Assembly (NCBI RefSeq): GCF_009914755.1
Contig: NC_060929.1
Direction: 5' to 3' (one strand)
DNA length: 64,000 nt
From: the human T2T-CHM13v2.0 reference genome, Homo sapiens
This document shows positions 1-12,847 of the stretch, one piece after another. Made by a program: the position numbers and the translations under genes. Position 1 is the stretch's first letter; each line of letters opens with the position of its first letter. The notes under the pieces were generated by a model. That model did not search any database, was not told the origin of the DNA, and was given only the letters and a program-made list of their open reading frames with translations.

Positions 1-247
1 ATGAGATCTGGTTGTTTAAAAGTGTGTCACAACTTATGCCTCTCTCAGTCCTGCTCCTTCCATGTAAGACGCCTGCTCCCGCTTTGTCTTCCACCATGAC
101 TAAAAGCCCCCTGGGGTCTCCCCACAAGCAGATGCCACCATGCTCCCTCTATAGCCTGCTGAACTGTGAGCCAATGAAACCTCTTTTCCTTATAAATTAC
201 GCAGCCTCAGGTATTTCTTTATAGCTGTGTGAGAATGAACTAATACA
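1..247 (+). mobile_element. MST-type (MSTB-like) MaLR LTR, 3' part (cut by window start)
   Basis: Ends with the MST/THE1 terminus 'aaacctcttttccttataaattacgcagcctcaggtatttctttatagc...gaactaataca'. Confidence 0.85.
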
Positions 248-269
248 CCTTTTCATATAATGTGTTGAA

Positions 270-800
270 TAAGAATCCTTTTTATTTGTATGTTCTCCTG
301 TAAGATGTTTTTGTTTAATTTTGCGTAAATGGAACATGCTTGCTACATCTGCTTTTTGTTTTTTTTAAATCATTCCTCGCGGTGTTTCTAAGATGTGTCT
401 ATGTCGCTGTGAACATCTTTTTGTGTATCGTTTCTTTTCTAGTGTTGTACAGTGTCTCTATAGGATTTTGCATTTGACCTATTCACTCTTCTGAAATGGA
501 CATCCAGCTTTTCTCCATGTCCTTTTAATCAGAAATATTACTTTGAATAATAACCTCATTCATGCTCCCTTGTAGACCCAAGAGGGAACTTACTTGAGAT
601 ATATACTCAGGAGTGAAATGTATGAGTCAGAGGCCATATATAAGAATACTTAATTTAACAAAAGCAGTACCATATTGCTCTAAGAATGGTGTCACCCCAC
701 TATATTCTCTCTAGTAAAGGAGGGTTATGATAATCTCACATCCAACTTACCAATGTTTGACAATAAATAGAATATAAAGTGACAACACACTGTTCCATTT
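270..800 (-). mobile_element. Ancient L1M (L1ME-like) 3'-region fragment
   Basis: Degenerate antisense L1 motifs such as 'atggacatccagc', 'gatatatactcaggagtgaaat', 'tctcacatccaacttaccaa'. Confidence 0.55.
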
Positions 801-1594
801 CATCCTTTGTAGGATTTTCTCTACCAGTAGAAAAAAGATCTTTGACATGATTTTTTACATAAGACACAACCCAAAGACTTAACTTGGAAATCCAGGGGAA
901 AAAACATTCTGTTGAACATTGATCTATCAGAAACCGACTGTTTTATGGCTAATGAGAGGGATAAACATGGATATGTGAATATCCCAACAATTTGCTCCTG
1001 GTACTGCTACCCTTTCAAAGAACAGAGAATATTCAGCTTGCTCATTCTAATTACATAGGATGAATCATAGTTCTTTAAATGTAATAAAAAAAGAACAATT
1101 TGTCAAACAAAAAAGGCACTTTCTGATAGACATATAAAATAAGACAGAAAACTCAGCCTTAGAATTTATGAAAAAATTATCTATGAATTCTATTAATTAA
1201 AAATATAAATTAACTACTGTAAAATTAACTATCAAAAGACGGCAAAACACGTGAGTTTGAAGAGTTTATACCTTTCAATTCTGTCCACACATTATCCATT
1301 AATTGCAAATCTTAGAAATTTTTTTAAATAACAAAACTGATACTGAACTAGCAATCTATTTTTCCATATTTTTTCTCATCAATATAATTATATTCCTAAA
1401 TTATCAATATAATTTATAGGTAAATATATCAAATTATTTTATCATTAATACATATTCAGTATTTAAGTAGATAGAATTGATAATGAACCAGAAAAATTAC
1501 TACTTTTGAATCTCAATATTTCATAATAATAATGTATTTTTTCCATCAGTGATGACACTACAGTTATATATGATATAAAAGCAAAATTCTCACA

Positions 1595-1680
1595 GTATTA
1601 TTCATCTCTGCACCTCCTATACTTACAACACAGCTTGGTATTGAGTTGATGCTCAATAAATATTTATTAAAGGAATATAT
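1595..1680 (+). mobile_element. L2 3' end fragment
   Basis: 'acacagcttggtattgagttgatgctcaataaatatttattaaaggaat' resembles the L2 terminus. Confidence 0.55.
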
Positions 1681-2127
1681 TTTTATACATATTTCTGATA
1701 TCAGAAATTGTAATGGATTTAGAATTAGGATTCATGAGTTTTAGTTCAGAATCATTTATTTATGATGATACTTAAGTAAATACTGAAATTCTGTGTCATC
1801 AACCTACCTTCTGCTGGGCATTCAGCCTATTTCAAAGTTGTCCTGTTTTTATGAGAGAAACGATCTGGCTCCTTTAGTAAGGCATATTTCAAACGAAAGA
1901 AACATTCAACAGAAAAGTAACTTCATGAAGGAGTCCCATACATGGATATCATATGATTCCTTTTGAGAATAATCCTAAGAAATAGGGTAGAGGAAGGGCA
2001 CCCAAAGGCTTCAGAAAGTAGGTAATGAATGGCTTTGTGAACCCCTGAAATGTATCTGAAGCAAGTTCAGAAATGAGAAGATAATGGCATTTCTCTACCT
2101 ACAAAAATGATAGTTTGAGACTTAAAA

Positions 2128-2355
2128 TGCAGCACCATAGTTAAGAGTTTGAGAGATGAAGTTACTGACAAGGTTGAAATTGCAGCTCCATCTCTTCTTG
2201 TTTCTGTGATCTTGAGCAAGCCTTTTAACAATTTCCTTGTTTGCAAACTGGAAATAATAATATCAACTAATTTGGGTTCTTGTGAAGATTAATAAATTAA
2301 TGCATGTAAATTGCACAGCAAGGTAAAAGCACTCAATAAATATTAACTGTTATTG
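2128..2355 (+). mobile_element. MIR SINE
   Basis: MIR core 'tgtgatcttgagcaag...gcaaactggaaataataat...tgtgaagattaa...gcactcaataaatattaactgttatt'. Confidence 0.75.
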
Positions 2356-2599
2356 TTGCAGTATTATAGCGACATCATATTTGCCTACCCAGCACATCAC
2401 AATTTTCTTTCTCTGACAAATTGCCTCTTTCCAAGTTTTGAATGAGCTGCTGACAGGTATTTTTCTTTTCCTTTTTGTAATGATAATTTAAGGTTGATTA
2501 GATCAACTGTGCAACAGAGGTGATGGGAGGTGGGGGGAAAGGTGGGGGAAGGGCAGAGAGGAAGATAAATATTTGACATAATCTGGACCAGGTTATATC

Positions 2600-3048
2600 T
2601 GTGAACAAATAGAACCTGAAAAAGCTAATCCCTCACGATGGGTTCAGGGTGGCTAACTGGGTTTAGATTTTAAACAGAGCCAAGTGGTCATTTGCTAGCT
2701 AGAACTAACACAGGTACTCAAGTTTCCTGAAAGTTCCCATATCCTGTTGAACTTCGGGACATTCAGAGCTCAATTGAACCAACTAATCAGAGCCCAGCTG
2801 AATTGACTAATCAGAAATCAGCTGTATCAACCAATAAGAACTAAGCAAGTTTCAATTCTTCATTTGCATAAATGGGCCTGATTGAGAACCTGGGTCCAGA
2901 CTTTTGCTAAAAAACCTTGAACCCTCTCTTTCTTCTCTGGGAAGGACCTTCATTTTATATTGAAAGCTGCATCTTTCTGATCTGTAAACTCTTCATTAGA
3001 ATGAAGTCACTTTCCTCCACATTTCTTTTCAGAGAACTTTTGATCACA
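2600..3048 (+). mobile_element. Solo ERV LTR (LTR47-like), complete
   Basis: TGTGAACA...TGATCACA near-perfect terminal inverted ends, 4-bp target duplication 'tatc' on both sides, repeated CCAAT-like units and an ATTTGCAT octamer. Confidence 0.8.
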
Positions 3049-3295
3049 TATCTCTCAGTAATTTGAACTTAATACTGAAAGGAAGTTTCACAGAAATTTT
3101 AAGGGTAAGAGGGTGGAATAAAACTCAGATGCTATAAGGGCATCTCTCTATATGAATAGAGACGAGAAAGAATATTAGCAGTACCATGAGTGAAGCAGAT
3201 TACTTTAAAAAAAAAAAAAAAACAGTGAAGAATGAATGATGGTGTCTTCCCCACAGTTTTCTAATTTCTGGCCCTTTAAAATTCAAGTGACCTTA

Positions 3296-3684
3296 GGTTA
3301 AACTAAATGTGGCTTGAGGCTGCTTCTGTGCTTTGAATCCCTATATAAAAAATTGCAATCTAACTTAGTAAAGGAACTCCCTGAAAGTTTAATTTAGAAG
3401 TATACGTTTGTAACAAATACTTGAGTCTTGGCCAGTCATAGCAGCTGAGCTTCAGTCAATCATAGGCTGCCAACTATTCAGACCATGTTTAATTAAGTCA
3501 AATGCCCAGCTGTAATCAATCCAGCTGTTTCTGTACCAGCTGTTTTATGTCTGTAAAATGAAAACCTGCCCACTTTGTGAAGCTGAGTTCTAATGAACCT
3601 CTTCTGTTTCTTGGGGCTACTAGATTCTCAAGACTTTGCTCAGTTAAATTCTGGGAAATATAATTCATGTAAAGTTTTTTAACA
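3296..3684 (+). mobile_element. MER57-family ERV1 solo LTR
   Basis: Matches MER57 motifs 'tgtaacaaatacttgagtcttggccagtcatagcagctgagcttcagtcaatcataggctgccaact' and ends 'aaagttttttaaca'. Confidence 0.8.
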
Positions 3685-4674
3685 CCTGTTGCTTGTCTTC
3701 TACAGGACATTTAAAACTATATTTCCTTCATAGAATAACTTATATTGGCTTCTGTTATTTGCAACCTAAAGAACCTTAAATGAGACATATATTAATATGT
3801 ATATATTAATAAGAGCTAATATATTTTGACTGTTTTTTATCCTGATTCTCAATATAATGGAATGGAATTTATATTTTAAAGAAGCAACATAGGAACTGTG
3901 TGTGAATGTGTGTTTATAGTTGTCAGTTCACGTATTAAGAAAACCCATGACTCAAGAAAGATTGTAATAAGCCACCTTAAAAGGTACCATTCCCTTGATT
4001 TTAGCTGTTCCAAAGGCATTGACTAATTTAAAATGTTTGTACTATGTTTGTCATATTCCATAAACAAAGATTATGCCCTCTGGATCACTCTGTCTTTTGA
4101 AAATTAACGTAATTGGAAATTTAAAGAAATATTTTAAAGGAAAGACCACTAAGATCGTGATATATGTATATATATAATTTTCTTTTATCTTTTCATAGAT
4201 TATTTTCAATCTGTCAGTACACACAATGTCCACGGGAGAATTATTTACCTGTTTCTAAAGTCTATTTATGCATCTTTCAGGAACAAGCAAATATCACACT
4301 GTATTTTATCTTTTCTTTAACCAAATGCTGTCTGACACATCTCCTTCTATTTAAAAATCAAAGGCTTGCTAAAGAAACTGCATCATTCCCTTGGGCATGA
4401 ATATCTGTAACAAATATATAAGTACGTTGGTTGCAAAAAGAATTAAGAGTGCATTAGCTAGTTAGCATTTCATGAATGACAGGCATACTTATGCCTCAAA
4501 TATAGAACAGAACAGAAACTGTAGCATATAGGCTTTAGAACCAACTGCTTTGGTAATTTGACATTGATAGCAAAGATGGAAGCATATTACGCTTTCTTGA
4601 AAAATAGGGCCTTTTTTGTGATACTATTTTTATTTAAGTTATAAGATAACCAAACACCTCAAAAGAAAGCTATA

Positions 4675-4900
4675 CATATTACCATCTTTCTGGAGCAATA
4701 TTTAGCAACATGTCTCAACAGACAAATGTCTTCATGATTTCTGACCTAGAGTACAATTTCTACAGTTTATCCTAAAGATATCCTTAGACTATACAATTAT
4801 AATTTTAACAAGAACAAAAAAGTGGAAATATAATTTTTCAACAAGTGAGAACTAATTAAAATTACCATATTAATGCATACTAGAAATTCTACATAATCAA
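4675..4900 (+). mobile_element. Ancient L1ME-like fragment
   Basis: 'ctttctggagcaatatttagcaaca...tgacctagagtacaatttctacagtttatcctaaag' resembles the L1 ORF2 C-terminal region. Confidence 0.45.
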
Positions 4901-5459
4901 TACAAGTTATTTGTGGAAATACATATTTGTTAATATGTGAACAAATATAGACAAACAGAAACATATATGTGTTTGTGTATGTAGATATATTGATTTGCAA
5001 AGATGTTTACAATATATTTATAATGCAAATTACCCAGGGTTTTTCACTGTTCTGTGATATTTTCTTCTTAAACCCAATTACAATGCTTCCGGTCTCCATG
5101 TGGCATACCATGGAAAATCAAAGCTTCACCAATTTCATGACAAAGGCCATCTTTTCTTGCTCAAGTATTTTGAAAATAGGGAGTTGGTCTCAGTTTTGCT
5201 AATGAATTAGCTTATACAGTAGCTTTCAAAAATTATTTTTTTCATTTTTAAATTGTTCATACATTTATGTACTTAAAAAACAATAAGAACATGTACAGAA
5301 AACCCTCCCTTCTCTTCTTTTTTGTTGTTTACTTTAGGACACCCCTAACCAAGCGGAGGTAACAATTGTTTTTTTCATATTCATTCAGAGTTTCCTTATT
5401 CATGCAAAAGTAAATAAAAAATAGATTCTTACGTTCTTCATAACATACATAATGTTACA

Positions 5460-6660
5460 CCTTTGTTGGATAAAGTATTAAAGATGTCAATTATATTGGT
5501 TGGTTTTGTTCAGTTCCTCAATATCATTGCTAATATTCTCTCTAGTAATTCTCCTCAATTACTGATAGTGGTGTGTTGACATCCCAATTATAATCACGGT
5601 TTTGTCTATTTCTCTTTCCAGTTCTATCAGTTTTTGCTTCATGTACCTTGAAGCTCTGTTGTTTTATGCATACATGTTTAGGACTGATACAACTTCTTAG
5701 TAGATTGACTTTTTATCATGAAGTAACATCTGTCTTTTTCTCTAGTAATTTTGTTGGCTCAAAAGTTGACTATCTTATTTTGATGTAGTAACTACATTTG
5801 TGGTTAATGGTTGCATTGTCTATCATTCATATTTGTTTATTACCAACCTACCTTTGTCATATTTAAAATACATTTCTTGTAGACAGCATATTGTTGAATC
5901 ATGTTTTTCTGTGCACTCTGCCAGTCTCTGTCTTTTAACTGGCATATTTAGAACATTTATATTTAAGGTAATTATTGATATATTAATATGGTTCAAATAT
6001 TCTATTTTATCATTTTTTCTGCTTGTTTTGTTTCTTGTTCCTCTGTTTCTCTCATATTACTGTATTGCAGGTTATTTATTCATTATTTAGGATTTCGTCT
6101 TCATTTATATATGGTGTTCCAGAGTACAGCATTTTGCATCCTTTTCTTAGAGAATGCCTTAGGTATTACAATCTACATACATAACTTATCAAAGCTACCA
6201 GTATTGACATTTTACAACTTTGAGTGAACTGTAGAAGCATTACTTCGTTTAGATTATTTTATAGGCCCCCCTTTTAATTATAATTGTCTTAAGTGTTTCC
6301 TCTACATACATTGAGTACTATATTGCATGATGTTATAGTTTTTGCTTCAGCCATCAAATATGAGTCAAAAACTTACGAGAAGTGGGTTAATTTCTTATAT
6401 GTGTCCTGTTTTTACCTATGTCCATGTTTTTTTTTTCTTTTTAAAGTTCCAAGTTCCATAACGTTTCCTGTTATCATCTCCTCTTGTTAAGATAACTTGT
6501 TTTATCCATTTTAAGAGTAGGTTTGATAGCAACAAATTATCTTCGTTTTCCTTCACCTAAGAACGTCTTTATTTCTCCTTCTTTCTTGAAGGATATTTTC
6601 ACAGGATATATAATTTGTACTTGATGGTTATTTTCTTTTAGTATTTGAAAATGTTCCCTC
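5460..6660 (-). mobile_element. Old L1M fragment (ORF1 end, inter-ORF, ORF2 endonuclease)
   Basis: Antisense EN motifs 'tttcttgtagacagcatattgttgaatc', 'tttttgcttcatgtaccttgaagctctgttg'; ORF1-end motif 'ctttatttctccttctttcttgaaggatattttc'. Confidence 0.8.
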
Positions 6661-7039
6661 GCAGAGCATTTTCTTATCCCTTTTTCTAGTCTTCAGGCTC
6701 CCCTTATTATTCAGAAAACCTGTCTCTCAAGGATTTCAAATTATTGTATTTTTATGCAAACAATGTGTCTCCTTTCTGAAGCGCTTCCTTTAGTGCCATG
6801 TCGAGGGAGCCTTGCCTTTGTCAACAAAAATGCTCATTGGGACTCTTTCCCAAACATGACATCCAGTAGTACCTAGAATTTAAGAAAGTGGAAGCCTGAC
6901 AACCTATTTTATAGCATTTATTTGCCTGTTATATATGTTACATTTCCATAAAGTTAGAACTGTTTTACATAAAACTGCATTTAAATTAATTTTAAAGCAT
7001 TTGTGGGTACACTAGCATATGCACGTAAATAATTTTAAA

Positions 7040-7140
7040 CATAGTTCTTAATTCTTGTGATGCGTTGGAATAATCTGAAGGCCTTTTTAAAAATGCTGAT
7101 GCTGGGGCTCCATACCTACAAATTCTTACTCAGTTTGCTA
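7040..7140. mobile_element. MER5-like hAT-Charlie DNA transposon fragment
   Basis: 'ttggaataatctgaaggcctttttaaaaatgctgatgctggggctcc...aaattcttactcag'. Confidence 0.55.
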
Positions 7141-7174
7141 TGATGGGCTACAAGCTTTGTATTCTCCCATTCAT

Positions 7175-7375
7175 AAAGGTCAAAACCTCAGGTCATTTTG
7201 GATTCCTCTCACATCTTCATTTCTTATATAATTAATTCCTGTATATGCTTCTGTGGAATTTTGGTCAATATTTACTTTTCCTTTCTGTATGCCTAACCAT
7301 TATGCTAATTCACCCTCTCATTAATGTCTACTATTACCATAATAACAGTCTCCTAAATATTCTCTCTAATATTTC
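7175..7375 (+). mobile_element. L2 fragment
   Basis: 'caaaacctcaggtcattttggattcctctc...aacagtctcctaaat'. Confidence 0.55.
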
Positions 7376-7402
7376 TCCTGGCATTAGGGCTATAATGGAA
7401 AT

Positions 7403-7620
7403 GAATAATAGTTACTATTCACTAAGAATTTCCAATGTAAAGGGTATAGTGCTAGATATGCTAAGTCATTTAGACCTGACAATGACCTTGATATACAGAT
7501 TTTATTTTCTTTCCCATATTACGCAGATGGAAACGGAAGCACTGATAGACTACAGGCCATCTTATCATGCTTAAAAGTGGAAAAACTGTGAGTAAAATTC
7601 AAATATATTTAATTTTTAAG
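7403..7620 (-). mobile_element. MIR SINE
   Basis: 'aataatagttactattcactaag...cccatattacgcagatggaaacggaagcac'. Confidence 0.6.
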
Positions 7621-7669
7621 TGTCTCCTCTTAAAATATTCTGTCTCTCATTCTCATTCTGTATGAAGTG

Positions 7670-8110
7670 TGATATGGTTCGGCTCTGTGTCCCCACCCAA
7701 ATCTCATATCGAATTGTGATTCCCATTGTTGGAGGTGAGGCCTGGTGGGAGGTGATTTGGTCATGGGGGTGGTTTCTAATGGTTTAGCACCATCCCCCTA
7801 GTGCTATCTCCTGATACAGTTCTCAGGAGATTTATTGTTTGAAAGTATGTAACACCTCCCACTTCGCATGTGTGCACGCACTCTATCTCTTGCTTGTTCG
7901 CTCCCTCCCTCCCTCCCTCTCTCCTGCCAGCCATGTGAATATGTGCTTGCTTTCCCGTCACCTTCCGCCATGATTGTAAGTTTCCTGAAGCCTCCCCAGA
8001 AGCAGAAGCCTGTACAGCCCACAGAACTGTGAGCTGATTAAACCTCTTTTCTTTATAAATTAACCAGTCTCTGGTATGTCTTTATGGCAGTGTGAGAATG
8101 GACTAATACA
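7670..8110 (+). mobile_element. MSTA MaLR solo LTR, complete
   Basis: 'tgatatggttcggctctgtgtccccacccaaatctcat' ... 'gaatggactaataca'; 5-bp target duplication aagtg/aggtg. Confidence 0.92.
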
Positions 8111-8403
8111 AGGTGCATTCTTGTGTGACAATTTAATGTTTCTTTATCCTCTCTAGTGCATGCTTCCTGAGGGCAGAAATTTTATGTGCTTTTCACACAA
8201 AAATTGTTAAGTTTGCAGACTTTATTTAGTAAAAGTTGAATAATAGAATACTTTGCAATACAAGATAAAGTTTATTGGAAAGTTACAGCATTTTTTTTGT
8301 CTTCTCAGAGATTATATTTTTGTTTTAAGTCAGTAATGATCCTTCACCTTCATATTATTAATTTGTTTTGACTATCCACTATTTAAATGCAGTACAAAAA
8401 TAA

Positions 8404-8611
8404 ATGCCAGCTCCATAATAAAATCTCCATGATTCCAAATTAGTGAATAAAAACATTATGAATAAGATTATTTAGCTACCAAAATTGTCCCTTCAAAACT
8501 CAAATTATATTATATAATCATTAGATGCCGTCAGTACCATCTTAGGCATGTATTACTGTTAAAAGCTTAAAAATGATATTATTTTAAGAAGAAAATATGA
8601 TTTTGGCTCTA
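8404..8611 (+). repeat. Local duplication A, copy 1 (~205 bp)
   Basis: Direct near-identical match to 9281-9483. Confidence 0.95.
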
Positions 8612-9280
8612 TCATATTATCTCAATGTTATATAAAGTATGCACAGAGAAAAAGACAGACAGGATGTTGCACTGAAATATTACCTGCTTGTGAGATGACA
8701 AGTGTTTTTTTTCTACCTTCTGCCTTCTGTTTTAAATTTTTTAATGGAAAATAATATCTTATACTTGAATGGAAAACAGAAAGCTTATTTTTAAAAAGGA
8801 ATATTTTATAAATAACTACAGATTACTCAAGAAAATTGAAGGTAAATATTCTAGGAAAACCAAAAGAAGTTTATGACTTCTCATTTTAAGTATCACAACC
8901 AAACAAACAAACAATAATGGGGATGAAGGCCAAGTAAATTTTATTATCGACTGAAGAATATTAGTGTTTTGGCCATGACAGAAAGTTTGAAAATATCATA
9001 AATATTGAAACAAGGGAATGACAAAAAATGTCAGAGATAAGACCCAAGAAATACCTCTTACTATTTTCTATTAACAGAAGGTTACTAAAACATTCATAGC
9101 CCAAGGCCCTACTGGGCTAATTTTTTTTTTTTTGGAAGATGCTACAGCAGCACAAAAACCCACTGGTAGATATCTCTGAATATACTCTATGAGCCGAAGG
9201 AGCAATATTTAAAGCATAACAAAGCTATTTTTATATATGTATGGACCATCTAAACATTTACACGATTTACAGATAAATTT

Positions 9281-9483
9281 ATGCCAGCTCCATAATAAAA
9301 GCTCCATGATTCCAAATTAGTGCTAAAAACATTATGAACAAGATTATTTAGCTACCAAAATTGTCCCTTCAAAACTCATATTATATAATGATTAGATGCC
9401 ATCAGTACCATCTCAGGTATGTATTACTGTTAAAAGCTTAAAAATGATACTATTTTAAGAAGGAAAATATGATTTTGGCTCTA
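9281..9483 (+). repeat. Local duplication A, copy 2
   Basis: Direct near-identical match to 8404-8611 ('atgccagctccataataaaa...gattttggctcta'). Confidence 0.95.
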
Positions 9484-9892
9484 GTATCATTATTAACAGA
9501 AAAATACTTAGTATAGAATAGATTAAAATGCTGAAAAGAGGTTTTAATGACCAGTTCATTACAATTCCCTAAAATCTAGCAGTAAAAAATAAACTATGAG
9601 GATATGAATTATAAAATGTTCATTAAGCAACTTTTCAAATACTGATTCCCTAGTGTGAGTTGTAAAGGCACATGTTTCTGGCAGAGGGTAGGGTATCTGC
9701 ACACACCCAAAAGCAGACATCTTCAAGCTTGTGAATATTTGAAAGATGTGGTACACAGCATGATGAGAAAGGAAAGTTCAGCGAGATAGGACCCTGTAAA
9801 CTATATTCAGAGAAGAGAGTTACAGGACAGAATTCAAATTTTTCACACTGTCTTGTGATAAACAGATATAATTGGTGTGGAGGAGTGGCAGG

Positions 9893-10335
9893 TGTATCAG
9901 TCAGGGTCTAGCAGGAAATAGATGGTACAGTCAAAGGGGACAAAAGGCACTTCATAATCACTTTTTCAAAGGTGGGGTCAGGGTTAAAGAAAGCCAACAC
10001 AGGTTGTTGAAAGCTCCAAGGCCTAGCAGCAGCTTAAAGGGGCAAGGAAAGAACTCACAGGAACCTAGGAAAAAACTATAGTTGCCAAAGGTGTGGTAAT
10101 AGAAGCTGTGACTGTAAGATAGGGAAGTCATCATTGTCCAACCACTGCCCATTAAGGGAGCAAAAGGGGACTAAATCCCCTAAGGTCCCATCTCCTGCAG
10201 GTGAATTCACATTTGCCAAACCCAGCAAAAGCCCAAGCCTGTGAATGCCATTATGGCAGTTAGCCTCCAGAAGCCTAAAGCACGATACAAGGGTAGATGA
10301 TAGATCTGGAGGTGCAAATGGAAAATATCTAGGGT
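9893..10335 (-). mobile_element. LTR33-like ERVL solo LTR
   Basis: 'tgtatcagtcagggtctagcaggaaatagatgg' ... 'gatctggaggtgcaaatggaaaatatct' are the reverse complements of the LTR33 ends. Confidence 0.75.
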
Positions 10336-10712
10336 AGGCTGTGCTGAGAGGCAGAAAGAGAAAGGAGTCCAAAGCAGTGGTCAGAGTTAGGAATGATGGT
10401 GTTGAGACTGGAGAGATGGTCGGAAAAGGAGAGAAGTCAGAGAATTTGTGGATGGGAATTTTCAGAACAGATATCTCTTTCTAAACCATTCCCTTTTCTA
10501 GTTACATTGTCTTTAAGTTGACAAGAATGATACAGCAATTGTGAATTTTTTGATAAATGACGACTATAAGTATCATTAACACATAACTATTTTATCACTA
10601 CCTTAGATGTTTAATTTTATAGAGCCCTACCTGCCAAGTATTAAGTGACTTCATGTTTATTCCTTTTAACACCCATGTGAGGTAGATATAATTATTTCTA
10701 TTTAAGATATAA

Positions 10713-11004
10713 TTTGTTTTTGAGACAGGGTCTTGCTCTGTCATCCAGGCTGCAGTATAGTGGCACCATCTCAGCTCACTTCAACGTTTTCGCTTCCCAG
10801 GCTCAAGTGATTCTCCCACCTCAGCCTCCTGAGTCACTGGGACCACAGGCACATGCCACCACGCCTGGCTAATATTGTATTTTATGTAGAGACAGGGTTT
10901 TGCCATGTTGCTCAGGCTGGTCTTGAACTCCTGGACTCAAGGGATCTACCCACCTCAGCCTCCCAAAATGCTGGGATTACAGGCGTGAGCCACAGCACCT
11001 GGCC
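10713..11004 (-). mobile_element. AluJ, inserted in a MIR remnant
   Basis: Full dimer with J-type diagnostics 'gagacagggtcttgctctg', 'ggctcaagtgattctcccacc', 'aactcctggactcaag'. Confidence 0.95.
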
Positions 11005-11995
11005 AGAAATGGAAGATTAAATCATTTGTTCAAGTCAGAGAGGGAGCCACCATTTGACCACATGGCCACCATATTATCTTGCCTCACCAGTCTGCCACGC
11101 TGTTGCTCTATCTCCTATACGGGTTTCTAGGTTTGATGCTGTGGACTTGAAAAGTATGTATAAATCTCAACCTTGACTTTGAATGTGTAATCTAACTGGG
11201 GAATGGGACACATATCCAAAGTGATACACGATGGCACACAATTACATAATAATGACTGAATGGGTGGTATGGTTCATTTCAGAGGAGTAAGGATGTCATC
11301 ACTGAAGGGAGGGGACAATCTGCATGAAATAAAAATTAGACTCTGTCCTACAGTTTTAGGAAGAGATTTGATTATCACAATTATATGACTGTCCATACAT
11401 ACATACACAGACACAGAGATATCCAATATGGATATTTATTACAATATCTGTTCTGTACTGTCAAGGCACAAATATAGTTCCACCTATAGTATATTTTTAA
11501 CAACAATTCAAAATTTTATCTGACCTACTTATATGAGCCTTGTCCCTGCATTGCATTACCAAACTGGCTGAAAACTTCAGACTATATTTATTCCAAAAGC
11601 TGTCATTTTTATTCTGCATACCAGGGAGAAGGAGAAACAGGGTTATTTGCTGAATAGTACCTCTTACTTTTGGGATGCCTGATGCTATTACTTCAGCAGA
11701 CTGGTCTGTCCTGGTCTAAGTCGCAATTTTCAACTGTGTGCCAGTGTCCTTGCTGGTTGTTTCTTGCCTGTACCAAAGTTGTGTTGCATCCTTGGGAAGC
11801 ATGATCATAGGTGTCTTGCTTCACAGTTGCAAACTCGGGCATTGTCTTTCAAAGCACTAGTACTTTGCAGGGCTGCTGGGTGCCCAGTGCATGAGACCTG
11901 ACCTCGATCAAAAATTCCTGACACTCTTCTTAGTCAAGGTTTCCAGCACAAATTCCCCCACCTTCCTAAAAAGTCTTATTTTGGATATTCTCGTA

Positions 11996-11999
<4 letters not shown>

Positions 12000-12048
<49 letters not shown>
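12000..12048. repeat. (TG)24 microsatellite
   Basis: Uninterrupted TG dinucleotide run. Confidence 0.98.
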
Positions 12049-12051
<3 letters not shown>

Positions 12052-12239
12052 CACATATATATACTATCTCTTCTTAGGAAACAAGCTCTGTATACTAAGG
12101 ATATGAGACACTATTTTTTAATCCACTGCGGCAAATAAGGGCCTATTTTTCTGCACTTACAAAGTTAAGTGGGCTGCACTGTTAACTTTTCACAGGTTTT
12201 GAAAGTATAATCACTAAAAATTTTTAATTAAAAAATTTA

Positions 12240-12436
12240 ACTCTATACTTAATAATAATGTATACTCCAAGATAACTAAAAGAAAAGATTTTAAATGTTC
12301 TCACCACAAATAAGTTATAAATATTTGGGATGATGGATATGCTAAGTAGCCGTATTTGGTCATCCCAAAATGTATACATGTATGCACACAGCACATCAAT
12401 ATATACAATTATTTGTCAATAAAAAATAAAATAAAA
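12240..12436 (+). mobile_element. L1MA 3' end fragment
   Basis: 'gattttaaatgttctcaccacaaa...gatggatatgctaagtagcc...aatgtatacatgtat...tttgtcaataaaaaataaa'. Confidence 0.8.
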
Positions 12437-12508
12437 CTTTAAAAAGCATAATTTAAAAATTTTATTATTTTATTTTTTCATAATAAAAGTTTAAAAAATA
12501 AAAAAGTA

Positions 12509-12847
<339 letters not shown>

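Noticed and set aside
8404-9483. CRISPR-like or repeat-spacer array
   Set aside because: Only two ~205-bp copies in primate nuclear DNA; no periodic short repeats anywhere in the window.
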